From: Nemertoderma westbladi
Lineage: Eukaryota > Animalia > Xenacoelomorpha
Assembly: GCA_032718475.1 (NCBI GenBank)
Contig: JAUCBJ010009050.1
Location: 1-33,605, forward strand
Direction of reading: 5' to 3'
DNA length: 33,605 nucleotides
Part shown: positions 1-8,375 of the stretch, piece by piece
Layout: every line of letters starts with the position of its first letter
Numbering within the stretch: the stretch's first letter is position 1
Program-made: the position numbers and the translations under genes
Notes under the pieces: model-generated
Seen by the model: the letters and a program-made list of their open reading frames with translations, nothing else
Told to the model about the DNA's origin: nothing
Databases searched by the model: none

Positions 1-2
1 AA

Positions 3-3000
3 CTAAACGCGGTTAGAGATACTCTCAAAGGTAAGACTGTTGAAATTACGAACATTTACTCCTACATAGAAACTTTGGTTGACGAAAAAGAAATTGAAAA
101 CTTAATTGATCAACAGTCAGAAATTACATTGTCTATAAATGAAACTATATCACTTATTGAGTATAAGTTACGTAGTTTGGAAACTACCGGTTGTAGTAAC
201 ATATCTAATGAACGTACTTTAGGAATTAGTTCTAAATTACCGAAGTTAACGTTAAAAGAATTTTCTGGAGGACATTTAGAATACGGTGAATGGTGGGATA
301 GTTTTGACTGTGCGGTGCATAGTAATGTAAAAGTTAGCGTTATTGACAAATTTAATTATTTGAAATCCTTTTTGACTGGAACTGCCGCAAACTGTGTAAG
401 TGGTTTAGCATTGACAACTGCCAATTACAATGAGGCCATTGACATTTTACAATCAAGGTTTGGACATAAACAGCTACGTATTAACGCCCATATGAAGAGA
501 ATAATAAATCTACAGGTAGCTTGTATGAAAGTGGACGATTTAAGAAAATTGTATGATGAAGTCAATATTCAGATTAGAGGACTAATGACACTTGGTCTAT
601 CAAGTGATACATATGGGGCCCTGCTTGTTGCCATCTTAGTGTCAAAATTGCCGGAAGAAATTATTTTAGAAATTTCGCGTGTTGAGAAGGGCGAAATTTG
701 GGATATAAACGTTGTATTAAAAACATTAAGGGAAGAAGTTGAGGCAAGAGAGATTGCAGCACAACAACAGGAAAAAACAGATGTAAAACAGGCAGCCTGG
801 AAAAGCTTCAATGGTGAAATTGGTACAGCATCGGCATTGTTAGAAAATAGCAATTCAAGATTTAAACCCGCTGTTGCTAGATATACACGTAGGCCGGATA
901 ATTGTGTGTATTGCGACAAAGCACATCGCAGTACTGATTGCGAACAATTCTATAATATGCAAAGCCGAATTGTGCGGTTGCAGCAATTAAATAAATGTTT
1001 TTCTTGTTTGGGGGAGGGACACATTGCTAAGGAATGTGCAAGGAAAATTAGTTGCATCATCTGCTCAAGGCCACACCATATTTCTCTGTGCAGTAGAGTT
1101 TCTGCGCCATTTTATGGAAAAGCCGATGTAAAATATAGAACAAATTATGAGCGTCAAGGTCCAGGATATAATGTTGGGTTGGTTGAAAACTATCCAATTC
1201 CAACGCCACCTAGAGGGGAGATCAAGAATGGTATATATCAAGCCACGACTAATATATTTGTTAATTCACAAAATACTGTACTACTGGCTACTGTATTAGT
1301 ATTTGTTTTCAATCCAACAAGTAACAAATATATAACAGCTCGCATGTTATTTGATGGCGGGGCGCAACAAAGTTATATTACCAACAAATTAAGCCATAAA
1401 CTAGATCTGAAATCAGATAAAGAAATAACTTTAAAAACTGGCGTATTCAACAGTAAGGATAGACGCACCACTCAACACAAGGTTGTGACTGTTGCAGTAT
1501 CAGATTTAAATAAATCACATATGATGTATCTCACACTTCTTTCTACGGACACTATATGCGCACCACTTGAACCAATCTCTGTGGACATTTCAGACATCCC
1601 TTATTACGACCAATCTCAATTTACTGATGTACCAGCAGGTGAAAGTAGAGAAGTTGATATATTAATCGGAGGCGATTATATATATCAACTAACAAAAGGC
1701 CATAGAACCATAAATGAATCTGGATGCGGTCCAGCCATTATTGAAACTAAGTTTGGTAGTGCTGTAGCTGGGCCTATAAAAATAAGTAAGGTCAGCGATT
1801 CCCATATATTGAATACACATACCCTATTTACATCGGCAGATGATGACGAAATAATTGATACAGTTTTCGAATGTAGTTTGGAAGAAACTTTAAATAAATT
1901 TTATGAAACGGACACAAGCGGTTTGAATCCGGATTCACATTTTAACTTAGATTTTATTGAACAACCAGAGATGATCAATGGAAGATACGAAATTAAATTA
2001 CCATGGATTTCATCGCAAAAGGCTAATTTGCCTAATAATTATTACCTAGCTGAGCGTAGGTACGAAACTCTATTAAAGAAGATGCAAAAACAACCCAAAC
2101 TACTAGAACAATACCAATATAAAATACGAGAGCAATTAGAAAATGGGATCATTGAAAGGGTAGACATCAATTCACAAACAACGAATGCAGTACATTATTT
2201 GTCTCATTTTGGGGTAGTTAGAGAAAATAATGAAACCACAAAACTACGTATTGTATACAATGCTTCAGCGAAACAATCAAGCGCCCATCTGTCCTTAAAT
2301 GAGTGTCTCTATAAGGGCCCGGTATTGCTGCCATACATACTACAAGTATTAATTCGTTTTAGAAGTTTTAAGGTCGCACTTATTGCAGATATTGCACAAG
2401 CTTACTTACAAATCAGTGTCAATGAATGCGACAGGGATGTGTTGAGATTTATTTGGACTGATTTTAATAATCAGCCACCAACGAAAGTTGTATATCGTTT
2501 TTGCAGGTTGCCTTTCGGAATAATAAGTAGCCAAGCTATTTTGATGGTTGTAATAATGTTGCATTTAAGGAAGTATAGTGATATATACCCGGAGATAGTA
2601 AAAGATATAGAAGATTCTCTTTACAGCGATAACTTAGCAACTGGAGCATTTGATATGTATGATGCAATGCAACGGTATCGATTAATACGAATGATGTTTA
2701 AACAGGGTGGATTTGACATGGTAAAATGGAAAACTAATGATGTTGAACTGCAAGCAATGATTGATTGCTGTGAAGGTTCAGATAAGAAAGTTACGAGTAG
2801 TGAGTCGCATAAGAGTAGACCTTCAGCTGTTACAGAGGTGCTTGGTATTAGATGGGACCTTAACTCAGACTGTTACTTATTTGATTTTCGGGATGTATAT
2901 TCAACAGCACTCACGTTGCCGTTGATCCGAAGGTCAGTGCTAAAGGTTATGGCACGTATTTTCGATCCAGCAGGTTGGATCGCTCCATTTGTATCTGTTA

Positions 3001-5288
3001 TAAAAATATTATTACGTCAGATTAGTCAGAAGGCAAAAGGCGATTGGGACAAAGAGCTAGATTCTTGTGAAATTCGAACTTATAAAAGGTGGATAAATGA
3101 CCTTGTGAAATTTGATTCATTGCGTATAGACAGATGTTATTCTGTCAACAAACTGATTAGTGGTACTAACATAGAGATAGAAATTCATGGCTTTTGTGAT
3201 GCCTCACGGCAAGCATTGGGAGCATGTGTGTATATAAAGGTTTCATCAGTAGAAAAGGTTGAAGTATCACTTATCATGGCCCGAGGAAAATTAGTCCCAT
3301 TAGATAAATTGTCCTCCAAACGAATTACAATTCCTAGATTAGAACTTATGTCGGCAGAAATGTTATCTCGGGTCATAATTCATGCAATTAAACCACTTGA
3401 ATCTGTTACAAAAGTAGGTAAAATCGTATGTTGGACAGACTCGACTATTGTTTGTCATTGGATTAAAAATCCCAATAATTGGGTCAGGTTTATATCCTCA
3501 AGAATTGAACGAATCAAATTGCGGTTGCCAAATGTCCATTATTATCACTGTAATGGAGAAGAAAACCCAGCTGATTTGATAACTAGAGGAAAATATGCAG
3601 ATAGTCTTATTCAACCTTCCCCAGCCAGAAATATCTGGTGGTGTGGTCCCGAATGGGTGTCAAATGTGATAGATTATCCTTCGAAAAACATAGAGACAAG
3701 AGATATTGAGGAAGAGGCTTTTAAAGAGTTGAAGAACCCAATAGAAATGCCGTCAGTCTTACTTATCTCAAACGAAGTGCATGATTCAATAATACTTCGT
3801 TATAGCAGCTACAATAAGCTGATTCAAGTAGTGGCATGGATGTACCGTTTTGTCAATAATCTGAAGGCAAGGATAGGGAAGGATACCCCCAAACAATTAG
3901 GTGTTTTAACTATTCTGGAAAGAAGCAAAGCAAGCACTTTATGCTTAAAGGAAGTTCAAGCAGAAATGTATCCTGAAGTTGTTTCACAATTGACGACAAA
4001 ATGCGACAAAGAGCCTTATGTGAGAAACTTAATCAATCAACTTCACTTATACCTAGATGCTGAGGGCTTGATAAGATGCAAAGGCCGCATTGATATGGCA
4101 TATCAGGTGCCCACAACAGCGAAAGATCCAATACTGCTACCGAAAAAACATTATCTGACGACGTTAATCATTAGACAATGTCACGAAACAGAAGTATTAC
4201 ATGCTGGAGTTCGTGATACATTTGTGCAACTGAGAAACAAGTTTTATATACCCCAGGCCAGACAAATTATTAAGAAACAATTAAATGAATGTGTTATATG
4301 TCGCAAACAACAAGCAAAAGCATTCACACCCCCAGATACACCTTGTTTACCCCTGGATAGGGTGAGTGGAAGTCTAGCATTTAATGATGTCGGTGTGGAT
4401 ATAGCGGGGCCAATGTATGTTCGAAATAATGAACTGATTGAAAAATGCCATATTCTTCTGATTACATGTAATTCGTCTAGAGCGGTACATTTTGAATTAC
4501 AAGAAAGTATAGATGCGGAGTTTACTATCCGTGGTTTAGATAGATTCTTTGGTCGCAGGGGATATCCAGCAACAATAACTTCAGATAATGGAAGTAATTT
4601 CACAGCCAAGAAAACACAAACCCATATAGCAAATTTAAATATCAAATGGAACTTTATATGTGAACATGCCCCTTGGTGGGGAGGGTACTGGGAGCGACTA
4701 GTGCAAAGTGTGAAGAGAGCATTGAGGAAGTCGATAGGAAACGCATTATTGAATAGCGACGAGTTACATACCTTATTGATAAAAGTTGAGAGTGTAATTA
4801 ACAGTCGCCCACTAACTTACGTGTATTCAGACGAGATTTTGGAACCTCTAACTCCGTCACATTTATTAATCGGAAAGCGACTCACTGAAAGACCTGAAAC
4901 AGATAATATCAGCAGTAATAATATTAATGACGAATTGAATGCTGAGAATGTGACCCGACGCACCAAATACAAAGACCAATTGATAGATAAATTCTGGAAC
5001 ATTTGGGCTCGCGAGTATCTGACAACTCTTAGACAGCATTACTCTATTCGCCGATATCAGACACGTCAGCCGAGGGTTGGTGAGGTGGTGTTACTGGATG
5101 AAACTACTTCTAAGATCAAGAAACCGCGCCAATTATGGAAGCTAGGGATTATAGTAGAGCTCTTACATGGTCGTGATAATAGTATCAGATCTGTAAAAGT
5201 AAAAATTGCAAAAATAGGCAAAAAAATCAGCAGTATAATTATCACTCGACCTGTACAAGGACTTATCCCATTAGAAATTGACAACTAG
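3..5288 (+). CDS. BEL/Pao Gag-Pol polyprotein (5'-partial; frame open to window edge)
   Basis: DUF1759-like gag (LPKLTLKEFSG..WWDSF); three Cys/His knuckles (CVYCDKAHRSTDC, CFSCLGEGHIAKEC, CIICSRPHHISLC); aspartic protease LFDGGAQQSYI; RT (ADIAQAYLQI, RLPFG, YSDN); RNase H (HGFCDAS, TIPRLEL, WTDS, NPAD); integrase HHCC plus D-D-E (VDIAGP, SDNGSNF, WERLV); C-terminal FWNIWAREYL. No stop from position 3 to the listed TTG at 75, so the true start is upstream. Confidence 0.96.
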   Translation, partial: LNAVRDTLKGKTVEITNIYSYIETLVDEKEIENLIDQQSEITLSINETISLIEYKLRSLETTGCSNISNERTLGISSKLPKLTLKEFSGGHLEYGEWWDSFDCAVHSNVKVSVIDKFNYLKSFLTGTAANCVSGLALTTANYNEAIDILQSRFGHKQLRINAHMKRIINLQVACMKVDDLRKLYDEVNIQIRGLMTLGLSSDTYGALLVAILVSKLPEEIILEISRVEKGEIWDINVVLKTLREEVEAREIAAQQQEKTDVKQAAWKSFNGEIGTASALLENSNSRFKPAVARYTRRPDNCVYCDKAHRSTDCEQFYNMQSRIVRLQQLNKCFSCLGEGHIAKECARKISCIICSRPHHISLCSRVSAPFYGKADVKYRTNYERQGPGYNVGLVENYPIPTPPRGEIKNGIYQATTNIFVNSQNTVLLATVLVFVFNPTSNKYITARMLFDGGAQQSYITNKLSHKLDLKSDKEITLKTGVFNSKDRRTTQHKVVTVAVSDLNKSHMMYLTLLSTDTICAPLEPISVDISDIPYYDQSQFTDVPAGESREVDILIGGDYIYQLTKGHRTINESGCGPAIIETKFGSAVAGPIKISKVSDSHILNTHTLFTSADDDEIIDTVFECSLEETLNKFYETDTSGLNPDSHFNLDFIEQPEMINGRYEIKLPWISSQKANLPNNYYLAERRYETLLKKMQKQPKLLEQYQYKIREQLENGIIERVDINSQTTNAVHYLSHFGVVRENNETTKLRIVYNASAKQSSAHLSLNECLYKGPVLLPYILQVLIRFRSFKVALIADIAQAYLQISVNECDRDVLRFIWTDFNNQPPTKVVYRFCRLPFGIISSQAILMVVIMLHLRKYSDIYPEIVKDIEDSLYSDNLATGAFDMYDAMQRYRLIRMMFKQGGFDMVKWKTNDVELQAMIDCCEGSDKKVTSSESHKSRPSAVTEVLGIRWDLNSDCYLFDFRDVYSTALTLPLIRRSVLKVMARIFDPAGWIAPFVSVIKILLRQISQKAKGDWDKELDSCEIRTYKRWINDLVKFDSLRIDRCYSVNKLISGTNIEIEIHGFCDASRQALGACVYIKVSSVEKVEVSLIMARGKLVPLDKLSSKRITIPRLELMSAEMLSRVIIHAIKPLESVTKVGKIVCWTDSTIVCHWIKNPNNWVRFISSRIERIKLRLPNVHYYHCNGEENPADLITRGKYADSLIQPSPARNIWWCGPEWVSNVIDYPSKNIETRDIEEEAFKELKNPIEMPSVLLISNEVHDSIILRYSSYNKLIQVVAWMYRFVNNLKARIGKDTPKQLGVLTILERSKASTLCLKEVQAEMYPEVVSQLTTKCDKEPYVRNLINQLHLYLDAEGLIRCKGRIDMAYQVPTTAKDPILLPKKHYLTTLIIRQCHETEVLHAGVRDTFVQLRNKFYIPQARQIIKKQLNECVICRKQQAKAFTPPDTPCLPLDRVSGSLAFNDVGVDIAGPMYVRNNELIEKCHILLITCNSSRAVHFELQESIDAEFTIRGLDRFFGRRGYPATITSDNGSNFTAKKTQTHIANLNIKWNFICEHAPWWGGYWERLVQSVKRALRKSIGNALLNSDELHTLLIKVESVINSRPLTYVYSDEILEPLTPSHLLIGKRLTERPETDNISSNNINDELNAENVTRRTKYKDQLIDKFWNIWAREYLTTLRQHYSIRRYQTRQPRVGEVVLLDETTSKIKKPRQLWKLGIIVELLHGRDNSIRSVKVKIAKIGKKISSIIITRPVQGLIPLEIDN

Positions 5289-5469
5289 ACCTAACTGTAG
5301 GGTTGGTGTCGTGCATCAAATAAGTAACTGTGACTGTGTAACTATAAGTGAGATATTTTTGCATATAATTATTGATACAGATTTGTATTGTACAGCATTG
5401 TCACATTTATGTTTTGTCATTATTGTAACTATATTGCAGTTATTGGTGGAATGGTATAAGTTGTCGTAA

Positions 5470-5594
5470 TTGCATATTTTGTCGGGGAGTGTTAAAATCC
5501 CATAGTATACTGTACGTTAATTGAAAGACTATTTGCATATTTTGTCGGGGAGTGTGACAATCCCCATAGTATACTGTACGTTATTGAAGGACTA
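5470..5594 (+). repeat. Tandem ~63-bp duplication of the polypurine tract / LTR start
   Basis: ttgcatattttgtcggggagtgt...catagtatactgtacgtta..tgaa.gacta occurs at 5470-5531 and 5533-5594. Confidence 0.85.
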
Positions 5595-6796
5595 CATTGT
5601 GTAATATGTAATGTATATTGGTTGGTTAAGGCAAACAGCTGGTTATATACATTTTTGAGTTAGTGCCTTAATATTGGTGAAGTATATTAGTATTATGATG
5701 AGTATTAGTATTAGGAGTGTATAAGAATTATTGATATATGTTACTTAGTTTTTGATTATAGACATTTTGGATTGTAGAAAATTACCGAACCAGTGTTTTA
5801 TATACTTGAACTGCCACAAGGACTGCCCTTAGCGGTCTCGGGTCAACTGCGGCTACTACGAGCCTGAAAAGGACTCGGAACGCTGACTGCTTGACTGTGA
5901 TTTGCGACGGGAACCGACGACAGACCCCTTAGCCAAGCCGTTCTGGTTCTCGATGATCGTTCCCTTCGGGGTTCGTGAGGGGTGGAACGGACACGCGATG
6001 GGGTCGAAAGACAAAGGACTAGACTCGACTAGACTCTACTGGCCTACCGACTGTTCGGAGCAGTTTCTCGGCTGCCGAAGCGACTACGAGCCTGAAAAGG
6101 ACTCGGAAAGCCTAGGTGGTTGGGTTTCTGTGATGAACTGACGGACCCCTAGCCAAGCCGTTCTGGTTCTCGATGATCGAACCCTTCCGGGTTCGTGAGG
6201 GGTGGAACGGACACGCGAACGGGTCCACCGACACGACAGACTCCTAGCCAAGCCGTACTGGTTCTCGATGACCGAACCCTTCGGGGTTCGAGAGGGGTGG
6301 TACGGATACGCGACAGAGTCTACCGACTGGACCGACCCTTAGCCAAGCCGTGCTGGTTCTCGATGATCGTTCCCTTCGGGGTTCGTGAGGGGTGGAACGG
6401 ACACGCGACAGGGTCGACCGACACCGACACTACGGCACTAAGACTGGGACTGAGGGAAAATCTGGGGAACATTAGGTAGGCTAAAATTCTGAGCGAACAG
6501 TGGGTTATTAAATAATATACCGTAGGGATTTATATTATCGTGTATAATTATTGTGAATATTTGGTGTATATTGATTTGGGGAAGCCCAAAATTATTCTTA
6601 ATCAAGGTTCAACAGAGTTCAGTTACATTAAAGAGTATATCCAACTAATGCAGCTTTTCTCAACCGCAAACTTGCATCTTAGAAATATTCCCTCCCCACA
6701 ATCAATATCCGGTGACTGGCCGGGGCTCGGTGGTCTGTTAAGTCACGTCTCCAGCATCGGCGTTTTTCCCCCCCTGGTGTAGGAATAACGGCAACA
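5490..6796 (+). repeat. Putative 3' LTR (~1.25-1.3 kb) of the BEL element
   Basis: Starts TGTT right after the PPT (alternative start TGTG at 5553) and ends AACA at 6796, where the 38-bp array begins abruptly. AT-rich 5' part with TATA-like tttatatac near 5800. The 5' LTR is not in the window for confirmation. Confidence 0.65.
5855..6416 (+). ncRNA. Cluster of structured RNA modules: four ~84-nt K-turn/UUCG hairpins and two GAAA hairpins
   Basis: Copies at 5923-6005, 6143-6226, 6238-6321 and 6333-6416 with compensatory stem changes; identical 26-mer actacgagcctgaaaaggactcggaa at 5855-5880 and 6083-6108. Confidence 0.6.
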
Positions 6797-8023
6797 GTAT
6801 AAGGTTGAGTCGTGTGCACAACTTACTTGGATTGGTATAAGGTTGGGTCGTGTGCACAACTTACTTGGATTGGTACAAGGTTGAGTCGTGTGCAGAACTT
6901 ACTTGGATTGGTACAAGGTTGAGTCGTGTGCACAACTTACTTGGATTGGTATAAGGTTGAGTCGTGTGCACAACTTACTTGGATTGGTATAAGGTTGAGT
7001 CGTGTGCACAACTTACTTGGATTGGTATAAGGTTGAGTCGTGTGCACAACTTACTTGGATTGGTACAAGGTTGAGTCGTGTGCAGAACTTACTTGGATTG
7101 GTATAAGGTTGAGTCGTGTGCACAACTTACTTGGATTGGTACAAGGTTGAGTCGTGTGCACAACTTACTTGGATTGGTATAAGGTTGAGTCGTGTGCACA
7201 ACTTACTTGGATTGGTATAAGGTTGAGTCGTGTGCACAACTTACTTGGATTGGTATAAGGTTGAGTCGTGTGCACAACTTACTTGGATTGGTATAAGGTT
7301 GAGTCGTGTGCACAACTTACTTGGATTGGTATAAGGTTGAGTCGTGTGCACAACTTACTTGGATTGGTACAAGGTTGAGTCGTGTGCAGAACTTACTTGG
7401 ATTGGTATAAGGTTGAGTCGTGTGCACAACTTACTTGGATTGGTATAAGGTTGAGTCGTGTGCACAACTTACTTGGATTGGTACAAGGTTGAGTCGTGTG
7501 CAGAACTTACTTGGATTGGTATAAGGTTGAGTCGTGTGCACAACTTACTTGGATTGGTATAAGGTTGAGTCGTGTGCACAACTTACTTGGATTGGTACAA
7601 GGTTGAGTCGTGTGCAGAACTTACTTGGATTGGTATAAGGTTGAGTCGTGTGCACAACTTACTTGGATTGGTATAAGGTTGAGTCGTGTGCACAACTTAC
7701 TTGGATTGGTACAAGGTTGAGTCGTGTGCAGAACTTACTTGGATTGGTATAAGGTTGAGTCGTGTGCACAACTTACTTGGATTGGTATAAGGTTGAGTCG
7801 TGTACACAACTTACTTAGATTGGTACAAGGTTGAGTCGTGTGCACAACTTACTTGGATTGGTACAAGGTTGAGTCGTGTGCAGAACTTACTTGGATTGGT
7901 ATAAGGTTGAGTCGTGTGCACAACTTACTTGGATTGGTATAAGGTTGAGTCGTGTACACAACTTACTTGGATTGGTATAAGGTTGAGTCGTGTACACAAC
8001 TTACTTGGATTGGTATAAGGTTG
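6797..8023. repeat. 38-bp tandem array, ~32 copies (gtataaggttgagtcgtgtgcacaacttacttggattg)
   Basis: Directly visible near-identical head-to-tail units; the last unit overlaps whirlin exon 4. Confidence 0.97.
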
Positions 8024-8210
8024 CAATTATTTGTTCTGGAGTGCCGACAACCCACTCTATTTGCGCCATTTTTACACAGGAGTAGGGAATCTTACCAACC
8101 CGTCGAATTATAATGAGAAGTTTATGTGACCTGCTCAATTCCTCCACGGCAAGATTGTGTTCGATTTCGATAAAACTAGTTTCGTTGCAGGATATTATTT
8201 GATCTCCTCT
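8005..8210 (-). CDS. WHRN: Whirlin-like coding exon 4 (C-terminal half of PDZ2)
   Basis: Acceptor tttacag|AGA GGA GAT; encodes RGDQIISCNETSFIEIEHNLAVEELSRSHKLLIIIRRVGKIPYS..IEWV, resembling whirlin GDQILEVNGRSF..HLILTVKDVGRLP..KWI; donor CAA|gtaagt; 206 nt, ends phase 2. Confidence 0.85.
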
Positions 8211-8375
8211 CTGTAAATGTAATAATATCATTCAATTTACCAGCACTGCACATTGTAATAGGTGTACAACAACAACAAAGTCATACCAACCTTTCACAGC
8301 AGGTGCCTTGCACTGGAAATATACAGGTCAATGTCAATGCTGGACAAACTTTCAGGTAAAACAATAAGTGATACC

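Larger units (their letters stand above)
1..6796 (+). mobile_element. BEL/Pao LTR retrotransposon (5' end outside window), antisense within whirlin intron 4
   Basis: Single gag-pol ORF in BEL order (gag-PR-RT-RNaseH-IN), a polypurine tract GGGGAG followed by TGT, and a putative 3' LTR ending ...GGCAACA at 6796. Confidence 0.93.

Noticed and set aside
110-5469. Short ORFs antisense to, or just after, the BEL gag-pol (including a possible env at 5278-5469)
   Set aside because: Shadow ORFs with no recognisable motifs; the 63-aa downstream ORF is too short and has no env features.
5855-6416. Hammerhead ribozyme or SECIS element in the LTR repeats
   Set aside because: ctcgatga and ctacga resemble CUGAnGA, but the required GAAA after stem II and the stem III/NUH site are missing. 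The AUGA/GA core has only a ~7-bp upper helix and no apical AA, unlike SECIS.
6797-8023. CRISPR array (38-bp repeats with an internal palindrome)
   Set aside because: Units are head-to-tail with no unique spacers, there are no cas genes, and the context is a eukaryotic intron.
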